DNA of 64,000 nucleotides from Paenisporosarcina sp. (GTDB lineage Bacteria > Bacillota > Bacilli > Bacillales_A > Planococcaceae): contig JBHGUT010000034.1 in the NCBI GenBank assembly GCA_048976825.1, positions 1,129 to 65,128 of the forward strand, given 5' to 3'. The notes beneath the pieces were generated by a model, which saw nothing but the letters and a program-made list of their open reading frames with translations, made no database searches and had not been told where the DNA came from. Positions 27,536 through 40,813 of this stretch are shown here, one piece after another; the first letter of the stretch is position 1, and every line of letters begins with the position of its first letter. The position numbers were made by a program, and so were the translations under genes.

Positions 27536-27565
27536 TCTTTTGCACCTCCATTCGTTTGTTGCTTA

Positions 27566-27964
27566 TTACCAAACGTAAGCTACGATTTCGCCGCCAACTT
27601 GTTTAGCGCGTGCTTCTTTATCAGTCAATAGACCATTAGAAGTTGAAACTAAAGCAATACCAAGACCATTTAATACTCTAGGTACCTCACTAGTTTTCGC
27701 ATAAACGCGTAGACCAGGTTTTGAAATACGTTTTAAACCAGTTATAACACGTTCGTTATTTTGTCCGTATTTCAAGAAAATGCGAATGATACCTTGTTTG
27801 CTATCTTCTACATATTCTACGTCACGAACAAAACCTTCACGTTTAAGGATCTCAGCGATCTCTTTTTTCATGTTTGAAGCAGGTACTTCCAATTTTTCGT
27901 GTCGAACCATGTTCGCGTTACGAATACGTGTAAGCATATCTGCAATCGGATCTGTCATTGTCAT
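27566..27964 (-). CDS. rpsH: 30S ribosomal protein S8
   Basis: [22 protein letters not shown]. Confidence 0.99.
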   Translation of the reverse strand: MTMTDPIADMLTRIRNANMVRHEKLEVPASNMKKEIAEILKREGFVRDVEYVEDSKQGIIRIFLKYGQNNERVITGLKRISKPGLRVYAKTSEVPRVLNGLGIALVSTSNGLLTDKEARAKQVGGEIVAYVW

Positions 27965-27994
27965 TACATTTACCTCCTTCCCAAATTTAGGGGA

Positions 27995-28739
<745 letters not shown>

Positions 28740-28764
28740 GTGTGTACCTCCCTTCTTCTTTTAC

Positions 28765-29076
28765 TTATTTGTCGATTGATTCGCCAGATTTTTTCGCTAT
28801 GCGAATTTTCTTGCCATCTTCCACTTTATAACCTACGCGAGTTGGCTCGCCTGATTTAGGGTCGATTAGCATTACGTTTGAAACGTGAATCGAAGCTTCT
28901 TGATTCACAATTCCACCTTGCGGGCTTGCCTGGTTAGGTTTCATGTGTTTTTTCACGATGTTTAGACCTTCAACTAAAACGCGGTCCTTTTTCGGAAAAG
29001 CAGCAATGATTGTACCAGTTTTGCCTTTCTCTTTTCCAGAGATCACCATAACTTTATCGCCTTTTTTAACGTGCAT
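28765..29076 (-). CDS. rplX: 50S ribosomal protein L24
   Basis: KKGDKV.VISGK.KGK KOW motif. Confidence 0.99.
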   Translation of the reverse strand: MHVKKGDKVMVISGKEKGKTGTIIAAFPKKDRVLVEGLNIVKKHMKPNQASPQGGIVNQEASIHVSNVMLIDPKSGEPTRVGYKVEDGKKIRIAKKSGESIDK

Positions 29077-29112
29077 TCTATCGCACCTCCTTGATTGGCA
29101 CTTTCTTGTTTA

Positions 29113-29481
29113 TTAAAGAACTTCCGGAGCTAAAGATACGATTTTCATGAAGCTGTTGTCACGTAATTCACGTGCTACAGGTCCGAAAATACGAGTTCCG
29201 CGCGGGCCTTTATCGTCTTTGATAATAACGCATGCATTTTCATCAAATTTGATATAAGTACCGTCTTTACGGCGTACACCGCTTTTAGTGCGAACGATAA
29301 CAGCTTTAACGACGTCACCCTTCTTGACAACGCCACCTGGTGTTGCTTTCTTAACTGTACACACGACAACGTCGCCGATGTTAGCAGTTTTACGACCAGA
29401 ACCACCAAGCACTTTAATAGTTAAAACTTCACGTGCACCTGAGTTGTCAGCAACTTTCATACGACTCTCTTGTTGGATCAC
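29113..29481 (-). CDS. rplN: 50S ribosomal protein L14
   Basis: [19 protein letters not shown]. Confidence 0.99.
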   Translation of the reverse strand: MIQQESRMKVADNSGAREVLTIKVLGGSGRKTANIGDVVVCTVKKATPGGVVKKGDVVKAVIVRTKSGVRRKDGTYIKFDENACVIIKDDKGPRGTRIFGPVARELRDNSFMKIVSLAPEVL

Positions 29482-29524
29482 TTAGGTAACCTCCTCTCGG
29501 AATTTGGTGTATTCCGAACTTTAT

Positions 29525-29788
29525 TTAGATAACTACTGCTTTTTCTACTACTTCCACTAGACGGAAACGTTTTGTAGCTGACAGCGGGCGAGTTTCCATG
29601 ATACGAACTACGTCGCCTAATTTAGCTTCGTTTAATTCATCATGAGCCTTGAACTTTTTCGAATACTTAACACGTTTACCGTAAAGCTTATGCTTTTTAT
29701 ATGTTTCAATCATTACAGTAACTGTTTTGTCCATTTTGTCTGAAACAACACGGCCTGTATATACCTTACGTTGATTACGCTCAGTCAT
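29525..29788 (-). CDS. rpsQ: 30S ribosomal protein S17
   Basis: [20 protein letters not shown]. Confidence 0.99.
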   Translation of the reverse strand: MTERNQRKVYTGRVVSDKMDKTVTVMIETYKKHKLYGKRVKYSKKFKAHDELNEAKLGDVVRIMETRPLSATKRFRLVEVVEKAVVI

Positions 29789-29806
29789 GCCTGAAAACCT
29801 CCTTTA

Positions 29807-31089
<1,283 letters not shown>

Positions 31090-31092
31090 GAA

Positions 31093-31434
31093 TTATCCCT
31101 CCTTCTTCTCAGATACCACGATAGTGATGTGGCTAGTGCGTTTGTTAATCGCGCTTGCACGTCCCATCGCACGTGGACGGAAACGTTTTAATGTTGGACC
31201 TTCGTCAACAAATACTTCTGAAATAACTAGTTTATTTACGTCTAAATCATAGTTGTGCTCCGCGTTTGCAACTGCAGACTTTAACACTTTTTCAACGACA
31301 GGTGATGCCGATCTAGGAGTGTGGTTTAAAATTGCAACTGCTTCGCCGATTTGCTTTCCTCGGATTAAATCAACGACTAATCGTACTTTACGAGGGGCAA
31401 TACGCACTGTTCTAGCAATAGCTTTAGCTTGCAT
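31093..31434 (-). CDS. rplV: 50S ribosomal protein L22
   Basis: [18 protein letters not shown]. Confidence 0.99.
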   Translation of the reverse strand: MQAKAIARTVRIAPRKVRLVVDLIRGKQIGEAVAILNHTPRSASPVVEKVLKSAVANAEHNYDLDVNKLVISEVFVDEGPTLKRFRPRAMGRASAINKRTSHITIVVSEKKEG

Positions 31435-31455
31435 CAGGAATAACCTCCTCTCAAA

Positions 31456-31734
31456 TTAGCGTTTTGTTTTCTTATCGTCAGCACCATGGCCTTTGTACGC
31501 ACGTGTTGGTGCGAATTCGCCTAATTTGTGCCCTACCATATCTTCAGTCACATATACTGGAACGTGTTTACGTCCATCATATACAGCGATTGTTAATCCG
31601 ATAAAAGTCGGGAAAATTGTAGAACGGCGAGACCAAGTTTTGATCACTTGTTTTTTCTCAGAATCCTTTTGTGCATCAACCTTCTTCATTAGATGGTCAT
31701 CTACAAATGGTCCTTTTTTCAAGCTACGACCCAT
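31456..31734 (-). CDS. rpsS: 30S ribosomal protein S19
   Basis: [19 protein letters not shown]. Confidence 0.99.
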   Translation of the reverse strand: MGRSLKKGPFVDDHLMKKVDAQKDSEKKQVIKTWSRRSTIFPTFIGLTIAVYDGRKHVPVYVTEDMVGHKLGEFAPTRAYKGHGADDKKTKR

Positions 31735-31794
31735 TTTGGAACCTCCCTCAGCGATCTCGCTACGGCTCTTTTATCGAACCGCAGAAGAATCACA

Positions 31795-32625
31795 TTATTT
31801 TTTACGACGACGAATGATAAGTTTGTCGGATTTATTTTTCTTTTTACGAGTTTTATAACCAAGAGTTGGTTTACCCCATGGTGTCATTGGTGATTTACGT
31901 CCAATTGGAGATTTACCTTCACCACCCCCGTGTGGGTGATCGTTCGGGTTCATTACAGATCCACGTACAGTTGGGCGTTTACCTAACCAACGGTTACGAC
32001 CTGCTTTACCGATGTTAATTAATTCATGTTGTTCGTTACCTACTTGACCGATAGTTGCACGGCATGTACCCAAGATCATGCGAACTTCACCAGATTGTAA
32101 ACGGATAATTACGTACTTATCTTCTTTACCAAGTACTTGCGCAGAAGTACCAGCAGAACGTACTAATTGTCCACCTTTACCAGGTTTCATTTCGATGTTA
32201 TGGATAGTAGTACCCATTGGGATGTTTTGTAGTGGAAGTGCGTTACCTGGCTTGATATCAGCTTCTGGACCTGACATAATTGTCATTCCCACTTCTAAGC
32301 CTTTAGCTGCTAGGATATAACGTTTTTCACCATCTACATAATTAATCAATGCGATATTCGCAGAGCGGTTTGGATCATACTCAATAGTAGCAACGCGTCC
32401 TGGAATGCCATCTTTAATACGTTTGAAATCGATGACACGATATTGACGCTTATGGCCGCCACCTTGATGACGAACAGTTAACTTACCTTGGTTATTACGG
32501 CCGCCTTTACGTTTAACAGGCTCAAGCAATGATTTTTCAGGCTTGTTTGTTGTGATTTCAGCGAAATCAGAAGCTGTCATGTTACGTCGACCGTTGGAGG
32601 TAGGTTTGTACTTTTTAATCGCCAT
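31795..32625 (-). CDS. rplB: 50S ribosomal protein L2
   Basis: [21 protein letters not shown]. Confidence 0.99.
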   Translation of the reverse strand: MAIKKYKPTSNGRRNMTASDFAEITTNKPEKSLLEPVKRKGGRNNQGKLTVRHQGGGHKRQYRVIDFKRIKDGIPGRVATIEYDPNRSANIALINYVDGEKRYILAAKGLEVGMTIMSGPEADIKPGNALPLQNIPMGTTIHNIEMKPGKGGQLVRSAGTSAQVLGKEDKYVIIRLQSGEVRMILGTCRATIGQVGNEQHELINIGKAGRNRWLGKRPTVRGSVMNPNDHPHGGGEGKSPIGRKSPMTPWGKPTLGYKTRKKKNKSDKLIIRRRKK

Positions 32626-32671
32626 GTTTATTCCCTCCTTCTTGTTTGTTAAAATTTATGATCTATTTTGA

Positions 32672-32956
32672 TCAAGATTCGAATAATTCGATATCTTTAC
32701 TTTCAGCAGTTAGTTTAACAATCGCTTTACGACGTTTGTTAGTATATCCACCAAATTTACCAACGCGTTTGAATTTACCTTTGTAGTTCATGATGTTAAC
32801 TTTCTCAACATCAACGCCAAAGATTTCTTCGATTGCGTGTTTTACTTGAGTTTTGTTGGCGCGAGTGTCCACTAAGAATGTGTACTTTTTCTCTTCCATA
32901 ATTTCAGAAGAACGCTCGGTAATGACCGGACGTTTAATAATATCACGTGCTTCCAT
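32672..32956 (-). CDS. rplW: 50S ribosomal protein L23
   Basis: RPVITE, RKAIVKL. Confidence 0.99.
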   Translation of the reverse strand: MEARDIIKRPVITERSSEIMEEKKYTFLVDTRANKTQVKHAIEEIFGVDVEKVNIMNYKGKFKRVGKFGGYTNKRRKAIVKLTAESKDIELFES

Positions 32957-33579
32957 TATCCAAGCACCTCCTCTACTTTTTCTACCGCAGCTTTAGTAAT
33001 TACGATTTTTTCATGACCAAGTAAGTCAAGAACGTTAATGCCTGTTGCAGAAACAACTGTTACTCCTGGGATGTTACGAGCAGATAATGCTACGTTTTCA
33101 TCAAGTTCAGCTGTAACGAACAAAGCTTTTTTCTCGATTGAAAGGTCTTTCAACACTTTCAAGAAATCTTTTGTTTTTGGTGCATTCAACGCTAAACCAT
33201 CAAGAACTACGAAGTTCTCTTCTAACACTTTCGCAGAAAGAGCAGAACGAAGAGCTAAGCGACGAACTTTTTTCGGTAATTTGTAGCTATAGCTACGTGG
33301 AGTAGGACCGAAAACAACACCACCACCACGCCATTGTGGAGAACGAATCGACCCTTGACGAGCACGACCAGTTCCTTTTTGTTTCCAAGGCTTACGACCA
33401 CCACCAGCAACTTCAGAACGGTTTTTAACTTTATGATTACCTTGACGAAGTGAAGCGCGTTGAGCGATTACTGCATCAAATAAAACAGAACTATGTGGCT
33501 CGATTCCAAAAACTTTATCGTTTAATTCGATTTCGCCAACAGATGAGCCTGTTTGATTAAGTAAAGATACCTTTGGCAT
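32956..33579 (-). CDS. rplD: 50S ribosomal protein L4
   Basis: [11 protein letters not shown]. Confidence 0.99.
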   Translation of the reverse strand: MPKVSLLNQTGSSVGEIELNDKVFGIEPHSSVLFDAVIAQRASLRQGNHKVKNRSEVAGGGRKPWKQKGTGRARQGSIRSPQWRGGGVVFGPTPRSYSYKLPKKVRRLALRSALSAKVLEENFVVLDGLALNAPKTKDFLKVLKDLSIEKKALFVTAELDENVALSARNIPGVTVVSATGINVLDLLGHEKIVITKAAVEKVEEVLG

Positions 33580-33604
33580 TCCTGTTTCCTCCTTTCTCTA
33601 ATTA

Positions 33605-34234
33605 TTATTTCGCTTTAATAGCAGTTTTAACGACTACTAATGCTTTACGAGAACCAGGAACATTACCTTTTACAAGTAACAAGTTACGATCTGCATCAAC
33701 TTTAACAACTTCTAAGTTTTGGATCGTTACCATTGTGCCACCCATTTGACCAGGTAATTTCTTTTGTTTGAATACGCGGTTCGGAGCAACAGGCCCCATT
33801 GAACCTGGACGACGGTGGTAACGTGATCCGTGAGCCATAGGTCCGCGAGATTGTCCGTGGCGTTTAATAACACCTTGGAAACCTTTACCTTTAGTAACTC
33901 CAGACACATCAATTACATCGCCTTCTGCGAAAATTCCAACTTTGACTTCTTGACCAACTTCGTAGTCTGCCAAATTAACACCGCGGAATTCACGGATGAA
34001 GCGCTTAGGACCAGTGCTTGCTTTTGCTACATGCCCTTTAGCAGGTTTGTTTGAAAGCTTATCGCGCTTATCATCAAATCCTAACTGGATTGCTTCGTAG
34101 CCATCCGTTTCAACTGATTTCTTTTGAAGTACTACGTTTGGAGCAGCTTCTATAACAGTTACCGGGATTAAGTCACCGTTCTCAGCAAAAACTTGCGTCA
34201 TACCGATTTTTCTACCTAAGATTCCTTTGGTCAT
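33605..34234 (-). CDS. rplC: 50S ribosomal protein L3
   Basis: [17 protein letters not shown]. Confidence 0.99.
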   Translation of the reverse strand: MTKGILGRKIGMTQVFAENGDLIPVTVIEAAPNVVLQKKSVETDGYEAIQLGFDDKRDKLSNKPAKGHVAKASTGPKRFIREFRGVNLADYEVGQEVKVGIFAEGDVIDVSGVTKGKGFQGVIKRHGQSRGPMAHGSRYHRRPGSMGPVAPNRVFKQKKLPGQMGGTMVTIQNLEVVKVDADRNLLLVKGNVPGSRKALVVVKTAIKAK

Positions 34235-34284
34235 TTGTCACACCTCCTACAGTATTTGTTTGTTTTCTATTTGTTTTTTTACCA

Positions 34285-34715
<431 letters not shown>

Positions 34716-34722
34716 ATTCAAC

Positions 34723-34751
34723 ATTATACAGAAAGAAAAAGAATTTCGCAA
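34723..34751 (-). promoter_or_regulatory. sigma-A promoter of S10 operon
   Basis: TTGCGA-N17-TATAAT with TG extension. Confidence 0.8.
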
Positions 34752-34859
34752 GTGGTTTAACGAAATTCTTTCTCAATGCTTTTTTATTTTAATTTGATTT
34801 TAATATAAAGGCAATAGCCTAAAGAATAGTCCGAACATTAAGTTCTTATATAAAAGAAT

Positions 34860-35830
34860 CATTACGGCCAATCTAAGCCGAAAATCAATAGCGGAATATT
34901 GTAGAATTAACGTCGGAACACACGTATCCCTTATATGATTGTGTTGCCCATCTATGCCCATGGTTGGTCCAAGCGTACTATCTGACGCTAGCGATCCTGC
35001 ATCTCCTAGCGCTCCAGCTGTACCAATCAATGCATAATATCTAAAGTGCTGAAATTAGAGGTACGAATATCGCAGTGATAATTGGTATTGTCGCACACGA
35101 TGAATCAATTCCCTTAGTGATATTAATCCTTTTAGGAGCATCAACATTATATCAATTTAATAATAAAGATGCCCTTCCTATAAGTGAATCAACATCTCCA
35201 GTTTCTTGAATGACAAAAGCAAAACCATTTGCAGTTATCACAAATCCTTTGAAGGCTATTAATTGCATTCCTTCTATATAAGATATAAATAACTTAGCAC
35301 CACTTATATAATTTATTATCTATGAAGTAAATGCTGCTATAAGGGCAATGATAGTGAATATACTATCTTTTTTATTTACTTGAACCTTGTTAACTTCTGT
35401 AATCACAATTTCTGTTTTAGATTCACGTGGTTTTCTATACGAAATAAAAATAACGATGACCAGTCCTACTACGAGTCCAGCTGTTGGTATCAACATAGCA
35501 AAGAGTATATATCTCCTATCAATCACAAGACCAGTTGCTTTCATTTGTGTTACTACAATCTCGTGAAATATAATACCAAATCCATATGGAAGTAATATAT
35601 AAGGTGCTGTTAACCCAAATATTAGAACAGATCCAATCGCACGACCATCAAGTTTTAGTAAGTTCATAACATGAATGATAGGAGGTACAAGTAACGGAAT
35701 AAATGCGATATGAATAGGTCTAAGATTTTGTGATAAAACCGCTATCAATAATAAGGTTAATATAATGAAAATTTTAGCCAGTCCTGTCTTCTCTGTTTCC
35801 CTATCTTTTTTATTCATCTTCAAAATAGTA
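34860..35830 (-). pseudogene. Degraded YuiF-like (Na+/H+ antiporter family) amino-acid transporter
   Basis: Fragments [66 protein letters not shown] in several frames; boundaries approximate. Confidence 0.85.
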
Positions 35831-35905
35831 GTGACTAGTAATACTGGAATACCAGTTTTGAATATTAAGATTCATCCGATTCGTTTACAATCTTTTTATA
35901 TGTAC

Positions 35906-35946
35906 AAAAAAAGACCTTGCCAGCGTCCCGGCAAGGTCTTGTCTTT
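35906..35946 (-). terminator. tuf terminator
   Basis: AAGACCTTGCC...GGCAAGGTCTT with A-tract. Confidence 0.85.
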
Positions 35947-35957
35947 CTAAAAGTTAA

Positions 35958-37145
35958 TTATTTAGTGATAGTTGCAACTACACCAGCACCAACAGTACGT
36001 CCACCCTCACGGATAGAGAACTTAGTACCTTCTTCAAGCGCGATAGGAGCGATAAGAGCAACAGTCATTTCAATGTTGTCTCCAGGCATAACCATTTCAA
36101 CGCCTTCAGGTAAGTTACAAACACCAGTTACGTCAGTTGTACGGAAGTAGAACTGAGGACGGTAGTTCGTGAAGAATGGAGTATGACGTCCACCTTCTTC
36201 TTTTGATAAAACATAAACTTCTGCTTTGAATTCAGTATGTGGAGTGATTGTACCTGGTTTAGCAAGTACTTGACCACGTTGGATATCTTCACGAGCTACT
36301 CCACGAAGAAGAGCACCGATATTGTCACCAGCTTCTGCATAGTCAAGAAGTTTACGGAACATTTCAACGCCAGTTACAGTAGTTGCTTTCGGCTCTTCAA
36401 CGATACCGATGATGTCAACTACGTCACCAACTTTAACTTGCCCACGCTCAACACGACCTGTAGCAACTGTACCACGACCTGTAATTGAGAATACATCCTC
36501 AACAGGCATCATGAATGGTTTGTCAGTTTGACGTTCAGGAGTTGGGATATAAGAATCAACAGCGTCCATTAATTCTACAACTTTTTCTTCCCATGCTTCT
36601 TCGCCTTCTAATGCTTTAAGAGCTGAACCTTTGATTACTGGAATGTCGTCACCTGGGAAGTCAAATTCAGAAAGAAGGTCACGAATTTCCATTTCTACTA
36701 ATTCAAGAAGTTCTTCGTCGTCTACCATATCACATTTGTTCATGAAGACTACTAAGTAAGGAACACCAACTTGACGTGAAAGAAGGATGTGCTCACGAGT
36801 TTGTGGCATTGGGCCGTCAGCAGCAGATACTACTAAGATCCCGCCGTCCATTTGTGCAGCACCAGTGATCATGTTTTTAACATAATCGGCATGTCCTGGG
36901 CAGTCAACGTGTGCATAGTGACGAGTTGCAGTTTCATACTCAACGTGAGAAGTGTTGATTGTGATTCCGCGCTCTTTTTCTTCAGGTGCGTTATCGATTT
37001 GTGCATAGCTCATTGCAGTACCACCAGAACGTTTTGCAAGAACTGTTGCGATTGCAGCTGTTAATGTAGTTTTACCATGGTCAACGTGACCGATTGTTCC
37101 TACGTTTGCGTGAGTTTTAGAACGATCAAATTTAGCTTTACCCAT
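35958..37145 (-). CDS. tuf: Elongation factor Tu
   Basis: [21 protein letters not shown]. Confidence 0.99.
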   Translation of the reverse strand: MGKAKFDRSKTHANVGTIGHVDHGKTTLTAAIATVLAKRSGGTAMSYAQIDNAPEEKERGITINTSHVEYETATRHYAHVDCPGHADYVKNMITGAAQMDGGILVVSAADGPMPQTREHILLSRQVGVPYLVVFMNKCDMVDDEELLELVEMEIRDLLSEFDFPGDDIPVIKGSALKALEGEEAWEEKVVELMDAVDSYIPTPERQTDKPFMMPVEDVFSITGRGTVATGRVERGQVKVGDVVDIIGIVEEPKATTVTGVEMFRKLLDYAEAGDNIGALLRGVAREDIQRGQVLAKPGTITPHTEFKAEVYVLSKEEGGRHTPFFTNYRPQFYFRTTDVTGVCNLPEGVEMVMPGDNIEMTVALIAPIALEEGTKFSIREGGRTVGAGVVATITK

Positions 37146-37238
37146 TAGAGAAATCCTCCTCAAAATTATATTAATAGTTTAGTTTTTGGTATGAATGATG
37201 AAGGTCTAGATCCATCATCATTCATGCCTTACAAAATA

Positions 37239-37267
37239 GTTATACAAGATTAAAAATCAAACTTCAA
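37239..37267 (-). promoter_or_regulatory. Putative internal sigma-A promoter of tuf
   Basis: TTGAAG-N17-TATAAC. Confidence 0.55.
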
Positions 37268-37270
37268 TGA

Positions 37271-39346
37271 TTAACCTTTATTTTTTTTGATAATTTCTTC
37301 TGAAATTGATTTCGGTACTTCTTCGTAGTGATCGAAAGTCATAGAGAATACTCCACGACCTTGAGTTGCAGAACGAAGAGTTGTCGCATAACCGAACATT
37401 TCTGCAAGTGGAACCATTGAACGAACAACTTGTGAATTACCACGAGCGTCCATACCTTCTACGCGTCCACGGCGAGAAGTGATGTTACCCATAATATCTC
37501 CTAAGTATTCTTCAGGAATTACTACTTCCACTTTCATCATTGGCTCAAGAAGAACTGGTTTACATTTCGAAATTGCGTTTTTCAATGCCATAGATGCAGC
37601 AATTTTGAACGCCATTTCATTTGAATCGACATCATGGTAAGAACCATCAAATAGACGAGCCTTAATATCGATAAGTGGATATCCAGCTATTACACCATTG
37701 TTTAAAGAGTCACGAAGACCTGCTTCAACAGCTGGGATGTATTCACGTGGTACAACACCACCGACAACGCCATTTACGAATTCAAAGCCTTTTCCTTCTT
37801 CGTTTGGAGAGAATTCAATCCAAACGTGTCCGAATTGTCCACGACCACCAGATTGACGAACGAATTTACCTTCAACTGAAGCGGACTCGCGGAATGTCTC
37901 ACGGTAAGATACCATTGGAGCACCAACGTTAGCTTCTACTTTAAATTCACGGCGCATACGGTCAACTAAGATATCAAGGTGAAGCTCACCCATACCAGAG
38001 ATGATTGTTTGCCCAGTTTCAATGTCAGTATGAGCACGGAAAGTTGGATCTTCTTCTTGAAGTTTTTGTAAAGCTTGACCCATTTTATCTTGGTCTGCTT
38101 TTGACTTCGGTTCTACAGATAAAGAGATAACTGGCTCTGGGAATTCCATTGATTCAAGAATAACTTGGTTTTTCTCGTCACATAGAGTATCACCGGTTGT
38201 AGTGTCTTTAAGACCTACAGCAGCAGCGATATCACCAGAATAAACTTTAGAAATCTCTTCACGGCTGTTCGCGTGCATTTGTAGGATACGACCTACGCGC
38301 TCACGTTTACCTTTTGTAGAGTTTTGTACGTATGATCCTGATTCAAGAACACCAGAGTACACACGGAAGAATGTTAATTTACCAACATAAGGGTCAGTCA
38401 TTACTTTGAATGCTAATGCAGAGAATGGTTGTGAGTCGTTAGATTCACGAACAACTTCTTCATCAGAATCAGGTAAGATACCTTTAATTGATGGCACGTC
38501 TGTTGGAGCTGGAAGGTAATCAACTACTGCGTCAAGCATTTTTCGAACACCTTTGTGTTTGAATGCTGAACCACAAATAACTGGGTAGAATTCAACTGCG
38601 ATTGTCGCTTTACGGATAGCCGTTTTCAACTCTGCATTTGAGATTTCTTCGCCTTCTAGGTATTTCTCCATAAGACCTTCGTCAACGCTAGCTACCGCTT
38701 CGATTAATTTCTCACGGTATTCTGCCGCTTGAGCTTTATGTGATTCAGGAATTTCACCTTCTGTAACTGCAGTACCTTCTTCGTTACCGTAGAAAGTAGC
38801 TGTCATTTCAATAAGGTCGATAATTGCACTGAATTCTTCTTCTGTACCAATTGGAAGTTGTATTGGATGTGCGTTCGCTTGAAGGCGATCGTGTAGAGTT
38901 CCTACAGAATATAGGAAGTCTGCACCCAATTTATCCATTTTGTTAATGAAAACAATACGTGGTACACCATAAGTAGTTGCTTGGCGCCACACTGTTTCAG
39001 TTTGTGGTTCTACACCTGATTGTGCATCTAGAACAGTAACAGCACCATCAAGTACTCGAAGTGAACGTTCAACTTCAACAGTGAAGTCTACGTGCCCAGG
39101 AGTATCGATGATGTTTACGCGGTTTTTTTTCCATGCTGCTGTTGTTGCAGCTGAAGTGATCGTGATACCACGTTCTTGCTCTTGTTCCATCCAGTCCATT
39201 TGTGATGCACCTTCGTGCGTTTCACCAATTTTGTGGATTTTACCAGTGTAATAAAGAATACGCTCAGTAGTTGTTGTTTTACCAGCATCAATATGAGCCA
39301 TGATTCCAATGTTACGTGTATTCTCTAAGGAGAACTCTCTAGCCAT
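37271..39346 (-). CDS. fusA: Elongation factor G
   Basis: [24 protein letters not shown]. Confidence 0.99.
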   Translation of the reverse strand: MAREFSLENTRNIGIMAHIDAGKTTTTERILYYTGKIHKIGETHEGASQMDWMEQEQERGITITSAATTAAWKKNRVNIIDTPGHVDFTVEVERSLRVLDGAVTVLDAQSGVEPQTETVWRQATTYGVPRIVFINKMDKLGADFLYSVGTLHDRLQANAHPIQLPIGTEEEFSAIIDLIEMTATFYGNEEGTAVTEGEIPESHKAQAAEYREKLIEAVASVDEGLMEKYLEGEEISNAELKTAIRKATIAVEFYPVICGSAFKHKGVRKMLDAVVDYLPAPTDVPSIKGILPDSDEEVVRESNDSQPFSALAFKVMTDPYVGKLTFFRVYSGVLESGSYVQNSTKGKRERVGRILQMHANSREEISKVYSGDIAAAVGLKDTTTGDTLCDEKNQVILESMEFPEPVISLSVEPKSKADQDKMGQALQKLQEEDPTFRAHTDIETGQTIISGMGELHLDILVDRMRREFKVEANVGAPMVSYRETFRESASVEGKFVRQSGGRGQFGHVWIEFSPNEEGKGFEFVNGVVGGVVPREYIPAVEAGLRDSLNNGVIAGYPLIDIKARLFDGSYHDVDSNEMAFKIAASMALKNAISKCKPVLLEPMMKVEVVIPEEYLGDIMGNITSRRGRVEGMDARGNSQVVRSMVPLAEMFGYATTLRSATQGRGVFSMTFDHYEEVPKSISEEIIKKNKG

Positions 39347-39396
39347 TTTGTATTTCTCCTTCCATCTCAATTAGAGTGTTTAGTGGACGAAAAATT

Positions 39397-39867
39397 CTAC
39401 CAGCGATAGTGAGCGAATGCTTTATTCGCTTCTGCCATTTTGTGCATATCTTCACGTTTCTTCACAGAAGCACCTGTGTTGTTAGAAGCATCTAGAATTT
39501 CATTAGCTAAACGCTCTTCCATTGTTTTCTCTCCACGTAGACGAGAATAGTTCACTAAGTAACGAAGACCTAATGTTGAACGACGCTCAGGACGAACTTC
39601 GATAGGTACTTGATAGTTAGAACCTCCTACACGGCGAGCTTTTACTTCAAGAACTGGCATAATGTTTGTTAATGCAGCATCAAATACTTCTAATGGATCT
39701 TTACCAGAACGTTCTTGAACAAGTTCAAACGCTCCATAAAGAATTTTTTGAGAAGTACCTCTTTTACCATCTACCATCATTTTATTGATTAAACGAGTTA
39801 CAAGTTTCGAATTATAAATTGGATCTGGTAACACGTCACGTTTGGAAACTGGACCTTTACGAGGCAT
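39397..39867 (-). CDS. rpsG: 30S ribosomal protein S7
   Basis: [21 protein letters not shown]. Confidence 0.99.
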   Translation of the reverse strand: MPRKGPVSKRDVLPDPIYNSKLVTRLINKMMVDGKRGTSQKILYGAFELVQERSGKDPLEVFDAALTNIMPVLEVKARRVGGSNYQVPIEVRPERRSTLGLRYLVNYSRLRGEKTMEERLANEILDASNNTGASVKKREDMHKMAEANKAFAHYRW

Positions 39868-39908
39868 GTGTTTTCCTCCTATCGATGAAATATATATTTT
39901 AGTTTAAA

Positions 39909-40331
39909 TTAGCTTTTTTTAACTATAGGGCGATTTGTACCGTATAAAGAACGGCTTTGCATACGACCAGTAACACCAGCTGTATCAAGAGCACCACGTA
40001 CGATATGGTAACGTACACCAGCTAAGTCTTTTACTCGTCCTCCACGGATTAGAACAACACTGTGTTCTTGAAGGTTATGTCCTTCACCCGGGATATACGC
40101 AGTAACCTCAAGTAAGTTAGTTAAACGTACACGAGCATATTTACGTAGCGCTGAGTTAGGTTTACGTGGCGTCATTGTACCAACACGTGTACAAACCCCA
40201 CGTTTTTGCGGAGAATTAACGTTTGTTAACGTTTTTTTAGAGCTGTTATACCCTTTGTTCAACGCAGGTGAGTTTGATTTTACAGTCTTGGATTTACGAG
40301 GCTTACGTACCAATTGGTTAATTGTAGGCAT
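39909..40331 (-). CDS. rpsL: 30S ribosomal protein S12
   Basis: [25 protein letters not shown]. Confidence 0.99.
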   Translation of the reverse strand: MPTINQLVRKPRKSKTVKSNSPALNKGYNSSKKTLTNVNSPQKRGVCTRVGTMTPRKPNSALRKYARVRLTNLLEVTAYIPGEGHNLQEHSVVLIRGGRVKDLAGVRYHIVRGALDTAGVTGRMQSRSLYGTNRPIVKKS

Positions 40332-40431
40332 CGATTATTCCTCCCTTCTTTAGTTCGTTGTAATACCACACATCCAGGTGGTTCATTTTTAGGCAAAAAA
40401 CAAAGTCTTTGTGTTCTTAACACAAAAACTG

Positions 40432-40680
40432 CTAAACAGAAATAGCAACTACCGCCGCACTGACTTTAAGTCCGCACGCTTTACCAAGTTCTATCTTAGA
40501 CTCGACGAAGTCAATCTTCACACCGTGCTCCATTGCAGCATTTATAGCTGAGCTAGTAATTCGATCTTCCGCATCACGAGCCACAAGAATTTCTTTTACA
40601 TGGCCACCATGGATTGCTTTAACTGCTTGTTTAGTACCAATGATTGTTTTCTTAGCCTGATATACTTTTTCATAAGACAT
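40432..40680 (-). CDS. ybxF: L7Ae-family RNA-binding protein YbxF
   Basis: IIGTKQ..KA, LGKACG; upstream of rpsL. Confidence 0.92.
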   Translation of the reverse strand: MSYEKVYQAKKTIIGTKQAVKAIHGGHVKEILVARDAEDRITSSAINAAMEHGVKIDFVESKIELGKACGLKVSAAVVAISV

Positions 40681-40726
40681 TTACATATCCTCCAAAGAGA
40701 CAGACCTTCAACTATCAACCTTATAC

Positions 40727-40755
40727 ATATTATCATCTTAGTTTTTTTCTGTCAA
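40727..40755 (-). promoter_or_regulatory. sigma-A promoter of ybxF-rpsL operon
   Basis: TTGACA-N17-TAATAT with TG extension. Confidence 0.75.
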
Positions 40756-40813
40756 TACTGTTAAGAAAAAAACCGGGGGCTTCGCTGAGCAAAACCCACC
40801 GGATCAATTGAAT

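Noticed and set aside
38530-38575. [13 protein letters not shown] instead of the usual FKNKGVQ
   Set aside because: Probably lineage-typical variation; the fusidic-acid region GELHLDIL is wild type.
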